Shown: positions 48,936-61,180 of the stretch, in pieces | How positions within the stretch are numbered: position 1 is the first letter of the stretch | How the letters are laid out: each line of letters opens with the position of its first letter | DNA from: Minisyncoccia bacterium | GTDB taxonomy: Bacteria > Patescibacteriota > Minisyncoccia > UBA6257 > JAAZHW01 | DNA: 64,000 nt | Reading direction: 5' to 3' | NCBI GenBank assembly: GCA_049720475.1 | Contig: JBNASH010000035.1 | Span: 84,015-148,014 of the forward strand | Position numbers and translations under genes: made by a program | The notes under the pieces: generated by a model | Database searches by the model: none | What the model saw: the letters and a program-made list of their open reading frames with translations, nothing else | What the model was told of the DNA's origin: nothing

Positions 48936-48981
48936 CAAAGATCAGAAAACCCTGCCGGTGGGCAGGATTTTCTGATCTTTG
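48936..48981 (-). terminator. Long hairpin directly 3' of rnpB
   Basis: CAAAGATCAGAAAA-CCCTGCC-GGTG-GGCAGGA-TTTTCTGATCTTTG. Confidence 0.55.
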
Positions 48982-49391
48982 TTTCTTCAATAAGAATAAG
49001 CCGAATTCTGTACCCATAAAGGGCGGCAACCATTTATCTTGACGCGGTATTGCTACCACGTTCAGAGCGATCTACCTGTCGCTTGCGCGACAACTTGATC
49101 TTGCACCAGGAAGGGTTTGCCACCTCTAATTGTCACCAATTAGAGTTGGGAGCTCTTACCTCCACTCTTTTCACCCTTGGTCACCTCAAAAAATACTGAG
49201 GTGGCCGGTATAGTTTCTGTGGCACTTTCCCTAATCACGTTTAAACGTGATCGGTTGCGGTTAGCAACTTCCTTCTTCTGCTATCTTCCTAAGAAAATAG
49301 CAGGGTGTTCGGACTTTCCTCTGTTGATGTTTATTATTGATGATTGCTCATCTCAAAACACCAACAGCAGTTGCCTACTTATTGAAGAAAC
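48981..49391 (-). ncRNA. rnpB: RNase P RNA
   Basis: Minus strand has GAGGAAAGTCCG and ACAGAATTCGGCTTA (P4 halves) and AGTGCCACAGAAA; P1 pairs GTTTCTTCAATAAG with CTTATTGAAGAAAC. Confidence 0.93.
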
Positions 49392-49423
49392 TGTTTCAGA
49401 TTTTACTTTAATTTTACAAAAAA

Positions 49424-50218
49424 TCAATAGTTTATTAGGGGTAAATTGGAAGTGGTGGTAGTAATTTCTTCAATTGTAGGAGAAGGGGTTGGTGAAAAAA
49501 TTAAATTTGTCGGTTTAAGTGGTGTAGGTGAATTTTTAGTCGGATTTAAAGTAGGCGTTAAAGTGGGTGTGGCTTCGCTTGAAGAATTAAAATAAATTTT
49601 TCTTTCTATTGTTTTCTTTTTACCCGTTCGATTAACGGCTGTAATAACAATTTCATTTAATCCTTCTCGTAAATTAATTTGCTCACTAAATTTACCATCA
49701 TCGCCAATATAAATTTCTTTATTATTGATAGTTATATAACTATGTGCCTGACCCTCTCCTTCAATGAGAAATGGATTTTCTGATGTCTCGATCGTTTCAA
49801 ATGCTGGAGTAATAATTTTTAATTTCGGTTCACCAAAAAGATTTTTACTTTGAAAAATAATAAAACTAATAACAGTAATAATTACTGCTACTACTGGAAT
49901 GTAACGCAAAATTTTTAAAATGTGGTGAGTGACTTCTTTACCCGATTCAAAACGATTCGAAGGCAATAAATCTATCTTGGGCGGCATCTTCAAATTATAT
50001 TCTTCAAGATACATATGCCACAATTCCTCAAAATCAATATCCAACACTTTGGCAATTTTTTGCAAATATCCCTTTACAAAAACATTCGCAGGTAATTCTT
50101 CAAATTTACCTTCTTTCAAAGCAATAATATTTTTTAATGGCACTTTTGTTAGCCGCTCAATATCTTCAGCGGTAAAACCCTTATCATCCATTCTTTGATT
50201 TAAATATTCTTGAAACAT
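49424..50218 (-). CDS. RodZ-like HTH membrane protein with C-terminal Ig-like domain
   Basis: HTH with AL.EG.F..LP..VF.KGYL..A..L, one TM helix, L.EG.N.I.I.A; follows ftsK. Confidence 0.8.
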   Translation of the reverse strand: MFQEYLNQRMDDKGFTAEDIERLTKVPLKNIIALKEGKFEELPANVFVKGYLQKIAKVLDIDFEELWHMYLEEYNLKMPPKIDLLPSNRFESGKEVTHHILKILRYIPVVAVIITVISFIIFQSKNLFGEPKLKIITPAFETIETSENPFLIEGEGQAHSYITINNKEIYIGDDGKFSEQINLREGLNEIVITAVNRTGKKKTIERKIYFNSSSEATPTLTPTLNPTKNSPTPLKPTNLIFSPTPSPTIEEITTTTSNLPLINY

Positions 50219-50228
50219 ATATTTTAAT

Positions 50229-52400
50229 TTATTCTTTATCTATTTCGTTTTCAGTTAAAATTGTCTCTTCATCAATATCATCTTCACTCGAATTTTCATT
50301 ATCAATATTTTCTGCTTTAACTAAAACTTCCCGGGGTTTAGCACCATCAGCTGGTCCAATCACTCCTCTTTCTTCCAATAAATCCAGCAATCGCGCCGCC
50401 CGAGCATAACCAACCCTTAATCTCCTTTGCAAGAAAGAAGCCGAGGCCTTTCCGGTTTGAACTACAATCTTATAAGCTTCAGGATACAACTCATCAACCT
50501 CCAAATTATCAAGCGATCCAGTACTATCCAAAGAAATCTCTTGCATTTGTTTTTCCAATTCCTTTTCAAAATCCATTTCTTCCTCTCCAGCAATCTCATA
50601 ATCTTTGTTTTCTTCTATGATGTATTTAATAACTCGCTGAACTTCTGGCTCAGAAATATAAATACCTTGGATTCTTTTAGGTTTAAATGTATCTCCGGCC
50701 AAATAAAGCATATCGCCTCTACCCAACAATCTTTCTGCTCCAGCCATATCCAAAATTGTTCTTGAATCAACTTGACTAGCTACCTGCAATGCAATCCGAG
50801 AAGTAATATTAGCTTTAATTAATCCTGTTACAACTTCCACTGATGGTCGTTGGGTGGAAACAATTAAATGCAAACCAGTTGCTCGAGCCATTTGCGCTAA
50901 ACGAACAATTGCCGCCTCAATCTCTCGACCATAAGCAACCATTAAATCAGCCAATTCATCAATTACAATCACTATAAACGGCATTAATGGTTTGCCTTCT
51001 TTCATCATTTTTTGATTATAACTATTGATATCACGCGCATTAGCCAAGAGCAAGCGATTATATCTTTCATCCATTTCATTAACCGCCCAACGCAAAGCCA
51101 AAATCGTTTTTTTAGGATTAATTATCACTTCTGAAATTAAATGGGGTAAGCGATTATAAGCAGACAATTCAACTCTTTTAGGATCGATCAAAATAAAACG
51201 CAATGTTTCCGGCGTGTTTTTATAAAGCAGACTACATAAAATAGAATGGATAGTAATTGATTTACCCGAACCAGTACTACCAGCAATTAATAAATGGGGC
51301 ATCTTGGCCAAATCAGCAAACACTGGCTCGCCCGCCACATCGCGCCCTAATGGAAAAGTTAATAAATCACTTTCTAGAAACTTGTCATTCTCAATCATGT
51401 TTCTTAAACGAACAATCATTTTTTGCTTGTTTGGCACCTCAATACCAACCAATGACTGCCCCGGAATCGGCGCTTCAATACGAATCGGGTGCGCAGCCAA
51501 AGCTAAAGACAAATCATTTTGCAAAGAAACAATTTTTGACAACTTAACACCTTCAGCTGGTTTTAAAGTGTAACGCGTAACCGTAGGACCAACATACACC
51601 TCTCCCATTTCAACTGGAATTCCAAAGTTCGCCAATGTTCTCTGAATAATGTTTACATTGGCCTTGATATCTCCACTTGTTGGTTTTCCGGATTCTTTTT
51701 CTAATAGATCGAGGGGAGGGAAATTCCAATTAGTAACAATTCTTTCTTTTTGCCATGCCTTCTTTTCTGTTTTTTTCTTTTCAATTTTTTCCAGTTCTTC
51801 TTCAATAGCGTTTTTAATTTTCTCCTTGGGTGCGGCTTCTATCTTTTCACTACCATTAGTTTTGATTTTGACCTCTTTTATTGGTTCAACAACAATTTCT
51901 TTTTTCTCCTCTTCTTTTTCTTCTTTTGGCTTTCTTAAAGACCACTCAAAAATAATCACCAAGCCCACAAGAATTAAAACTAAACAAAAAACTAAACCAC
52001 CCCAAAAACCAAAAACTTTTTCCACTAAACCAACTTTATCACCCAACCAGCCGCCTGAAAACGGTTTTAAAATATCGGAAAAACCAAGTAAACCCAAACT
52101 AAATATAAGAAGACCAACAATAGTAGAAAAATAAATATTTTTTCTCAATGAACCGACAAAAATTGCTCCAGCAACAATAAAAATTACCGGCAAAAAGAAA
52201 TAAATCCAACCAAATAACAAATGAAAAATATCATAAACAAAAATGCCAAATGGGCCGGCCAATTTGAAAAAACTTAAACTAAACAAAATGGCCAAACCAA
52301 AACAAATAATACCAATAATAGTTTGTTTTGTTTCTTCTTTTAAACTTATCTTTAATGATCGCTCCGTTTTTTTATTGTTTTTATTTTCTTTTTTAGCCAT
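50229..52400 (-). CDS. ftsK: DNA translocase FtsK/SpoIIIE
   Basis: N-terminal TMs, RIEAPIPG, AGSTGSGKS, IDELADLM, TQRPS, gamma domain LQRRLRVGYARAAR. Confidence 0.97.
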   Translation of the reverse strand: MAKKENKNNKKTERSLKISLKEETKQTIIGIICFGLAILFSLSFFKLAGPFGIFVYDIFHLLFGWIYFFLPVIFIVAGAIFVGSLRKNIYFSTIVGLLIFSLGLLGFSDILKPFSGGWLGDKVGLVEKVFGFWGGLVFCLVLILVGLVIIFEWSLRKPKEEKEEEKKEIVVEPIKEVKIKTNGSEKIEAAPKEKIKNAIEEELEKIEKKKTEKKAWQKERIVTNWNFPPLDLLEKESGKPTSGDIKANVNIIQRTLANFGIPVEMGEVYVGPTVTRYTLKPAEGVKLSKIVSLQNDLSLALAAHPIRIEAPIPGQSLVGIEVPNKQKMIVRLRNMIENDKFLESDLLTFPLGRDVAGEPVFADLAKMPHLLIAGSTGSGKSITIHSILCSLLYKNTPETLRFILIDPKRVELSAYNRLPHLISEVIINPKKTILALRWAVNEMDERYNRLLLANARDINSYNQKMMKEGKPLMPFIVIVIDELADLMVAYGREIEAAIVRLAQMARATGLHLIVSTQRPSVEVVTGLIKANITSRIALQVASQVDSRTILDMAGAERLLGRGDMLYLAGDTFKPKRIQGIYISEPEVQRVIKYIIEENKDYEIAGEEEMDFEKELEKQMQEISLDSTGSLDNLEVDELYPEAYKIVVQTGKASASFLQRRLRVGYARAARLLDLLEERGVIGPADGAKPREVLVKAENIDNENSSEDDIDEETILTENEIDKE

Positions 52401-52405
52401 ATAAT

Positions 52406-52978
52406 TTAATCCCCTAAAATATGTAATCGCTCAAAAAATTCCCTATAAATCCTTACAAAATATTTTACTTCTTTTGGTTCTAAATTAAAAGTTGGATCGC
52501 CTTTTAACTTATCATATGCATAAACGCCGACTAAAATTTTATTTTTCTCAACATCATTTAATTCAGCAATTTTTAAAGTTTTTATTTTTTCTAACAAATT
52601 TTTCCCTTTTGGATTCAACCGATTAATAACCTCTTCTAATAATTCATTAAGGAGCGAAAAGGCAATTTTATAAGACCTTGGATCGTCTTCTTTTAATAAA
52701 TCCTCAATCTCTCTCCATGCTTTCAACGCTCGTCTTTTTTCATAACGACCGCCGACCCAAATTGTTTTATATTTTTCAATAACATCAGTAATTTTATTTG
52801 TTTTAATAATTAAATAAATCCAGATGAAAAATAAAACAACAGAGAAAATACCACTAATTAAGCGTAATTTTTTTACAATGGGAAAATTAAAAATCAAAAG
52901 AACAATATTGATAATTGAGTGAACAATATTAACGGCAACATGAAAAATATTGTTTATAGTATTAAATAAATCTTCCAT
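52406..52978 (-). CDS. Hypothetical membrane protein
   Basis: TM helix then W..I..L....D...K.A; start trimmed to MEDL. Confidence 0.7.
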   Translation of the reverse strand: MEDLFNTINNIFHVAVNIVHSIINIVLLIFNFPIVKKLRLISGIFSVVLFFIWIYLIIKTNKITDVIEKYKTIWVGGRYEKRRALKAWREIEDLLKEDDPRSYKIAFSLLNELLEEVINRLNPKGKNLLEKIKTLKIAELNDVEKNKILVGVYAYDKLKGDPTFNLEPKEVKYFVRIYREFFERLHILGD

Positions 52979-54413
52979 AGTTTGAATTTGTCTCAAATAA
53001 ATGTGCGGCGTTTAACAAAAGCGCTTCCCCAAAGTGTTTTGTTAAAAATTGAAGGCCATAAGGCAGTTTGTTTTGGGAAGACCAAATAGGCAATGAAACA
53101 GATGGAATACCAGCGATATTAGCCGGGACAGTAAAAATATCAGAAAGATACATTTCCAAAGGATTACTAGTTTTTTCACCAAATTTAAAAGCGGGCGTCG
53201 GCGTTGTTGGTAAAACCACCAAATCAACCTCTTTAAAAATATTTTCAAATTCTTTTTTAATCAATGCTTGAATTAATCTTCCTTTTTTATAATAGGCTTC
53301 GTAATAACCACTCGATAAAACAAAAGTGCCCAATAAAATTCTTCTTTTAACTTCTCGGCCAAATAATTTTCCACGTGTTTTAAAATACAAATTTTTCAAA
53401 GAACCGGTTTCTTCAGATGGTGAATAACGCAAACCATCAAAACGCGCCAAATTACTACTTACCTCGGCTGGCATCAAAATATAATAACAAGCTAAACTCA
53501 AATTAATATGAGGAATGGAAATTTCTTTAATTTCCGCCCCCATTTCTTTTAATAAATCTATACTTTTTTGAAAAACTTCTGCCAAATTATTATCAAATTG
53601 TTTTAAATCAATTTCTTTAATAATGCCGATTCTTAAATTTTTTAAATCCTTTCTTTCATAAATGGATTGGGCATTAAAAGTAAAATTTTCTGTTGTATCA
53701 TCAAATTTATCCTTACCGCAAATTGCTTCCAAAAGAAGAGCGGCGTCTTCGACATTTTTGGTAATGGGGCCTATCTGATCCAAAGAGGAGGCCATGGCAA
53801 TCAACCCAAAACGAGACACTGCTCCATAAGTTGGTTTTAAACCAACTAAACCACAAAAACTCGCCGGTTGTCTCACCGAACCGCCTGTGTCTGAACCCAA
53901 TGCCGCCACCGCCTCATGCGCCGCGACTGCTGCCGCTGAGCCACCACTTGAACCACCAGGCACCCTTTCTTCGTCTAATGGATTTTTGGTTAATTTAAAA
54001 GCCGAGGTTTCAGTTGAAGACCCCATCGCAAATTCATCTAGATTGGTTTTACCCAAAAAAATTGCTAATTGTTTTTTTAATTTATTTATTACTGTCGCAT
54101 CATAGGTGGCCTTATAATTTTTCAACATTTTTGATCCTGCAGTGGTAATGGTATCTCTAATTAAAATGTTATCTTTAATTGCCAAAGGAACGCCAGCCAA
54201 AATCGGGATATTTTCGCCGGCAGCGATTTTTTTATCCACCTCATTGGCTTGTTTTAAAGCTTCATCTCTTAAAAGTGTTAGATAAGCGCCAATTTCTTGA
54301 TCGCGCTTTTCAATATAATCAAAAAATTCTTTTGTTAAATCAAAAGCACTAATTTCTTTATTCAAAAGAAGATTGTGTGTTTTTTTTATTGTTAACTCAT
54401 GCAGTGTAATCAT
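52962..54413 (-). CDS. gatA: Asp/Glu-tRNA amidotransferase subunit A
   Basis: GKTNLDEFAMGSS, PGGSSGGSAAAV, GSDTGGSVRQPA, SSNLARFDG. Confidence 0.97.
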   Translation of the reverse strand: MITLHELTIKKTHNLLLNKEISAFDLTKEFFDYIEKRDQEIGAYLTLLRDEALKQANEVDKKIAAGENIPILAGVPLAIKDNILIRDTITTAGSKMLKNYKATYDATVINKLKKQLAIFLGKTNLDEFAMGSSTETSAFKLTKNPLDEERVPGGSSGGSAAAVAAHEAVAALGSDTGGSVRQPASFCGLVGLKPTYGAVSRFGLIAMASSLDQIGPITKNVEDAALLLEAICGKDKFDDTTENFTFNAQSIYERKDLKNLRIGIIKEIDLKQFDNNLAEVFQKSIDLLKEMGAEIKEISIPHINLSLACYYILMPAEVSSNLARFDGLRYSPSEETGSLKNLYFKTRGKLFGREVKRRILLGTFVLSSGYYEAYYKKGRLIQALIKKEFENIFKEVDLVVLPTTPTPAFKFGEKTSNPLEMYLSDIFTVPANIAGIPSVSLPIWSSQNKLPYGLQFLTKHFGEALLLNAAHLFETNSNYGRFI

Positions 54414-54422
54414 AAGCGAAAA

Positions 54423-54719
54423 TTAAAAAATTGGCGGTATTTCAAGCCAATTATCTTTACGCTGGTAAAAACCATCGATTAAATCATCATTGGCAAATAA
54501 TAAATTCTCTTCTTCAAAACCATCTGAAGTTTTACTTGGAGAAAATGTTTGTTCCAAATCGACGTTTTTAATATCTACTGCTTCTAATTGATTGACATAA
54601 TCAAGGATAAGATTTAAATCTTTTTCAATTTTTTCTTTTTCTTCTTCAGAAATTTCTAATCGACTTAAATCTGACAGATATTCTACCATCTTTGAATTAA
54701 TAAGATTTTCCTTATTCAT
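54423..54719 (-). CDS. gatC: Asp/Glu-tRNA amidotransferase subunit C
   Basis: V..L..L.RL, DL..IL.YV.QL..VD; directly upstream of gatA. Confidence 0.9.
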   Translation of the reverse strand: MNKENLINSKMVEYLSDLSRLEISEEEKEKIEKDLNLILDYVNQLEAVDIKNVDLEQTFSPSKTSDGFEEENLLFANDDLIDGFYQRKDNWLEIPPIF

Positions 54720-54752
54720 GTTTTTTATTTTAGCACAAAAATTGCTTAAATT

Positions 54753-56864
<2,112 letters not shown>

Positions 56865-57203
56865 TTAAAAAGATGCTTCCAACGCTCGATAGTTGTTGCC
56901 GCTTTGACCAATAGATTTAATTTGAGTACCAGTAGGAAGAGTTGAAACAGAAACATCATACGAAGAACCATTAATCATTGTTGGAGATTCGATAATTTCA
57001 TTTTTTATCTTTTCAAATAATTTCCATTCTAAACCACTTTCGGCAGCATACAAAGCTTTAATCGATTCTCCAGTAAAAACCATTGATCGTAATTCATATA
57101 AAACCAAACTGCCCAAAGCCATCGCAATCAAAAAAGCGGCGCTCAAAATTAAAATTGTAATAAGCATTGCTTGACCTTTATTATTGTTAAATTTCTTGTT
57201 CAT
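56865..57203 (-). CDS. PilX/GspK-like minor pilin
   Basis: KG|QAML hydrophobic helix lacking Glu5; A.YAAESG.E motif. Confidence 0.75.
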   Translation of the reverse strand: MNKKFNNNKGQAMLITILILSAAFLIAMALGSLVLYELRSMVFTGESIKALYAAESGLEWKLFEKIKNEIIESPTMINGSSYDVSVSTLPTGTQIKSIGQSGNNYRALEASF

Positions 57204-57204
57204 T

Positions 57205-57714
57205 TTATGTTTCTGGTTGACGACTGCTAATAGTTGTTTGAATATTGCTTTCAATTTGTCTCCGACCAGCATAAGAAGCAACTTTTAATAAAATAGTGAC
57301 TTTAACTTGTTGACCATCATTCCGCTCATTTCCTTTAATAATAAATCGTAAAGATAATACGCGGACATCAGGCGAAGTTAAAGTTTTAAATGGCCCGCCT
57401 CCTATTGACCGCTCAATCTGCTGAGTGTCTGGATTTAAACGATAAACAATAGCGTCATTATTAACGTTTAAAAAATTAATAGTATCTTCTGTGGGCACAA
57501 AAAAACTCTTACCCATCCGAATTTCCCTACCCATAACTTCCAAAGCATAGGCAAGATTAGCTGTGCCATTAATTGAAGCCAAAAGATAACGCTGGGTGCG
57601 CAAACTGGTTAAAAAAGTAGCAGTAGTAATACTAATAATTGTCAAAAATATCGCTGTAGCCACCAATATCTCAATTAAAGTAAAACCTTTTGATTGTAAT
57701 TGTTTTTTTCTCAT
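57205..57714 (-). CDS. Prepilin (PilW/GspJ-like minor pilin)
   Basis: KG|FTLIEILVA class III signal; M.REIR motif. Confidence 0.88.
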   Translation of the reverse strand: MRKKQLQSKGFTLIEILVATAIFLTIISITTATFLTSLRTQRYLLASINGTANLAYALEVMGREIRMGKSFFVPTEDTINFLNVNNDAIVYRLNPDTQQIERSIGGGPFKTLTSPDVRVLSLRFIIKGNERNDGQQVKVTILLKVASYAGRRQIESNIQTTISSRQPET

Positions 57715-58208
57715 TAGTCAGAAAGCCAATTGTATAGATGATCTTCGACCACAATATTAAAAGAACCGCCGCGATTAGTCCAAGTGACAATTGATTGAAC
57801 CCTAATATGATCGGGAGAAATAGGATCAATATTAATTTGCCGAATATAACGAGTAAGTGCGCCGGAATCATAATTATAGATGCCATTAGCAGTGTCCAAT
57901 TTTAATGGTTCGCCCGTATAAGGTCTTAAACTTAAATCATCATATTGGACTTGATAAGTACCAGCTGATAATCCTTCATTCCAATTTTTATTCTGTAAAA
58001 TATTATTGTCGCGAATGTTTCTCACAATTTCAATTCCTTCCTGAGCCAAATATGAAGCGATCAATCGACTATAGGCTAAATCATGAAAAATTAATGAACG
58101 ATTAATTAAAGTTAGCATACCAATAAAACTTACCAAAATCACCCCAATGGCTACCATTACTTCAATAATACTAAACCCATTTTTAATTGTTTTAATCTTC
58201 CCTCTCAT
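57714..58208 (-). CDS. Prepilin (PilV/GspI-like minor pilin)
   Basis: NG|FSIIEVMVA; A..LAQEGIE.VRNIRD. Confidence 0.88.
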   Translation of the reverse strand: MRGKIKTIKNGFSIIEVMVAIGVILVSFIGMLTLINRSLIFHDLAYSRLIASYLAQEGIEIVRNIRDNNILQNKNWNEGLSAGTYQVQYDDLSLRPYTGEPLKLDTANGIYNYDSGALTRYIRQINIDPISPDHIRVQSIVTWTNRGGSFNIVVEDHLYNWLSD

Positions 58209-58215
58209 TTTAATT

Positions 58216-58749
58216 TTAATAAGCCCACGTTTGACCAATAGAATTGATATAAACTTTAAAAGCTGGTTCGGTGTCTGCTAAATAATTAAAAACTACTTCC
58301 ACTTCTTCAATCTCATCTTGTTTTTCAGCGGCTTGGCCATCAAAATAAACAAAGGGTTGCGGTGGCATAAAAAACACCTCTTGAACATTAGTGTTAGACA
58401 AGGTAAACCGCTGAGGAACTTTAATAACTTCAACATCTTGGGTTTGAGCTTGATTGCGTAAATGAGAAGAAATATCACAATTAGATGAAACATCGGTAAA
58501 AATAATGTATTGGTTATTAGTAACATCAAAATAAATGCCATAACCACAAGTTAACTGTCCTTGCCAGGTTGCAGCAGTAATCGCTAAATTTTTTACTCGA
58601 TTAATGTCTGAGACAATCTGTGCTCGAACGCGCATAATTTCACCAATTTTCTCGCCCTGCCGGCTATAAACCAACAAAAGCCCGCTTAATAAAGCGCTTA
58701 CTCCTAAAACAACAAGAATTTCCACCAACGTATAACCTCTATTTTTCAT
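58216..58749 (-). CDS. Prepilin (FimT/GspH-like minor pilin)
   Basis: RG|YTLVEILVV; GYGIYF and F.PP motifs. Confidence 0.88.
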   Translation of the reverse strand: MKNRGYTLVEILVVLGVSALLSGLLLVYSRQGEKIGEIMRVRAQIVSDINRVKNLAITAATWQGQLTCGYGIYFDVTNNQYIIFTDVSSNCDISSHLRNQAQTQDVEVIKVPQRFTLSNTNVQEVFFMPPQPFVYFDGQAAEKQDEIEEVEVVFNYLADTEPAFKVYINSIGQTWAY

Positions 58750-58756
58750 TATTTTT

Positions 58757-58785
58757 ATTTTAACCTATTTTTTATCCACAAGCAA
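58757..58785 (-). promoter_or_regulatory. Pilin operon promoter with DnaA box in the spacer
   Basis: Minus strand TTGCTT-17 bp-TAAAAT; TTATCCACA at 58772-58780. Confidence 0.5.
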
Positions 58786-58859
58786 TTTGTTTGACAATCT
58801 TTTTTGAGTTATAATAAAAATGAATCAAGGTCGATTTTAATTTTGCTTTAAAGCTTTCT

Positions 58860-58976
58860 ATGGACGAACTCAATCAAAATCCAGTGCAAGAAACAAAACC
58901 AAAGAAAAAATTAACCTGGCTTTGGATTGTTCTTGCAATTATTATTATCTTAGCAATTATCTACTTCGTTTTATAA
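58860..58976 (+). CDS. 38-aa single-TM microprotein (not in ORF track)
   Basis: MDELNQNPVQETKPKKKLTWLWIVLAIIIILAIIYFVL*; TATAAT at 58810; ends 3 nt before the next ATG. Confidence 0.7.
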   Translation: MDELNQNPVQETKPKKKLTWLWIVLAIIIILAIIYFVL

Positions 58977-58979
58977 AAT

Positions 58980-59486
58980 ATGGCTGAGATTACTATAACC
59001 AAAAAATCGAATAAAGCTCTTCTCTGGATTGTCATCATAATCGTGATTATTTTGGTTGGTGTGGCTGGCTATTTTTATGGCCGACAAAGCGCAGTTCAAA
59101 ATCAAACAACCGTTAATGCTCCGATTCGAAGTGAAGCGAGTTTAGAAACTTGGGATTATCGCGATGTCCCACCAGAAATCTTTCCAAAAGATTTTCCATT
59201 TGAATCTGGAACGCGCTTGACTGAATCAAGAAAAACCCAAGATAAAGATAGTGGAGATACAACTGCTCACATTGCTTATTATTCCAAAAAACCAATTGGC
59301 GAATTGATTAACACTTTCAAGAATTATCTGAGCAACAATGGTTGGACGATTATTAATGATACTTCTAGTGGCGAAATTTATAATTTATATGCCCGCAAAG
59401 GAAAAGAAGATATGAATATTAGAATGCGCTTTGACCCAACCGGTTTAGGATTAAGAGTGGAAGTAGATTACCTTTTGCATCGCTAG
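58980..59486 (+). CDS. Membrane-anchored hypothetical protein
   Basis: N-terminal TM; P..FP.DFP and Y....GW motifs. Confidence 0.75.
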   Translation: MAEITITKKSNKALLWIVIIIVIILVGVAGYFYGRQSAVQNQTTVNAPIRSEASLETWDYRDVPPEIFPKDFPFESGTRLTESRKTQDKDSGDTTAHIAYYSKKPIGELINTFKNYLSNNGWTIINDTSSGEIYNLYARKGKEDMNIRMRFDPTGLGLRVEVDYLLHR

Positions 59487-59506
59487 AAACTAAAGCTTAT
59501 TTGAAA

Positions 59507-59567
59507 GAAAAAAGAGCCGCTCTGGCTCTTTTTTCTTTATTGACAATCATTTTATTTTTGCTATATT
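59507..59567 (+). promoter_or_regulatory. Terminator followed by the promoter of the Fe-S operon
   Basis: Hairpin AAAAAAGAGCC-GCTCT-GGCTCTTTTTT, then TTGACA at 59540 and TG-n-TATATT at 59562. Confidence 0.65.
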
Positions 59568-59585
59568 AATTAAGTATTTATTAGT

Positions 59586-59984
59586 ATGAATTTTAAAAGC
59601 ATAAAAATTTCAAAACAAATTGAATTGGCTCTGCGCTGGTTGATATTTTTAGCCAAAAATAATAAAAGCGGATTTATTAATCTCCGCTCTTTTTGTAATC
59701 AAAATAAAGTTTCTTTCTATCATCTTCAAAAAATTAATCGCCAATTGGTTAAAAACAAAATTATTGAATCACAAAAAGGGAAAACTGGCGGTTATCGCTT
59801 AAAAAAATCACCTGCTAAAATCTCCTTGCGAGAAATTATTGAAATTCTTGAAGGTCCAATTGCTTTAATTTCCTGCCCACCAATTTGCTCAGTAAAAACC
59901 TGCTCCCTTAAAAATTGCTGGCAAAATTTAAATAAAGATTTAGCTAAAAAATTAGGTCAAATTAAATTATCCCAATTTTTATGA
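59586..59984 (+). CDS. Rrf2 family (IscR-like) transcriptional regulator
   Basis: S.KG..GGY.L...P..ISL.EII..LEGP; three Cys (C...C....C). Confidence 0.9.
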   Translation: MNFKSIKISKQIELALRWLIFLAKNNKSGFINLRSFCNQNKVSFYHLQKINRQLVKNKIIESQKGKTGGYRLKKSPAKISLREIIEILEGPIALISCPPICSVKTCSLKNCWQNLNKDLAKKLGQIKLSQFL

Positions 59985-61180
59985 AACGCTATTATTTTGA
60001 CTATGCCGCTACCACGCCAGTCAAAAAAGAAGTCATAAAAGAAATGGCTGATTTTTGGAGTAAATATTTCGGCAATCCTTCTTCTTTATACTCCGAAGGA
60101 AGAATTGCACGACAGGCTATTCTAAACGCCCGCCAAAAAATAGCAAAAATTTTAAAAGTTAATCCCTCAGAGATCATTTTTACCAATGGCGGAACGGAAT
60201 CGATTAATCTGGCTCTTTTAGGCATCAGTCGTTTTTATCGCCATGAATTAAAAAATCCTCAAATCATTGTTTCTAAAATCGAACATCCTGCCGTTTTGGA
60301 AACAGCTAAATATCTGGAAAGTGAGGGCTTCAAAATTATTTATCTTGATGTTGACAAAAAAGGTCTGGTAAAAATCCCGGAGCTAAAAAAACATCTCAAT
60401 CAAAATACTTTGCTTGTTTCAATAATGTATGCCAACAACGAAATCGGCACTATCCAACCCATTCCCAAAATTGCCAAAATTATAAAAGCTTTCCGTAAAA
60501 AAAACCAAACCATCTTCCCAATTTTTCACACTGACGCCTGCCAAGCCGCTGGTTATTTAAATATTGAGCCAAAAAAACTTGGCGTTGATTTGCTATCGCT
60601 AAATGGCAGCAAAATTTATGGACCCAAAGCCACGGGCCTGCTTTATAAAAAAGAAGATATTCAATTAACACCAATAATTTTTGGCGGCGGTCAAGAAAAA
60701 GGTTATCGTTCTGGTACCGAAAATGTTCCAGGTATTGTTGGTTTTGCCAAGGCCCTGGAATTAGCCCAAAAAGAAAAAGACAAAGAAGCAAAAAGATTAA
60801 AAGTTTTGCGCGATTATTTAATTAAAGAAGTTTTGCAAAAAATTCCTAAAGTTTTAATTAATGGCGATTTAAAAAATCGTTTGCCTAACAATATTAACTT
60901 TTCTATTCTTGATATTGAAGGCGAGGCATTAATTTTAAAATTAGATGAATACGGCATTGCCGCCTCCACTGGCTCAGCTTGCCATTCCGGCAGTTTAAAA
61001 CCATCGCATGTTTTAGAAGCACTCGGCTTGCCTCATGAATTCATTCATGGCAGTTTAAGAATTACGCTGGGGCATCAAACAACCAAAAAGGATATTGATT
61101 ATCTTATTAAAACTTTACAAAAAGTCGTTAATGAATTGCGGGAACTATCTCCTCTCGCTCTAAAAATCAAAAAATGGTAA
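59981..61180 (+). CDS. iscS: Cysteine desulfurase IscS/NifS
   Basis: YFDYAATTP, NNEIGTIQP, HTDACQ, SKIYGPK, RSGTEN, STGSAC. Confidence 0.95.
   Translation: MKRYYFDYAATTPVKKEVIKEMADFWSKYFGNPSSLYSEGRIARQAILNARQKIAKILKVNPSEIIFTNGGTESINLALLGISRFYRHELKNPQIIVSKIEHPAVLETAKYLESEGFKIIYLDVDKKGLVKIPELKKHLNQNTLLVSIMYANNEIGTIQPIPKIAKIIKAFRKKNQTIFPIFHTDACQAAGYLNIEPKKLGVDLLSLNGSKIYGPKATGLLYKKEDIQLTPIIFGGGQEKGYRSGTENVPGIVGFAKALELAQKEKDKEAKRLKVLRDYLIKEVLQKIPKVLINGDLKNRLPNNINFSILDIEGEALILKLDEYGIAASTGSACHSGSLKPSHVLEALGLPHEFIHGSLRITLGHQTTKKDIDYLIKTLQKVVNELRELSPLALKIKKW

Noticed and set aside
49177-49461. 94-aa plus-strand ORF
   Set aside because: Antisense to the RNase P RNA.
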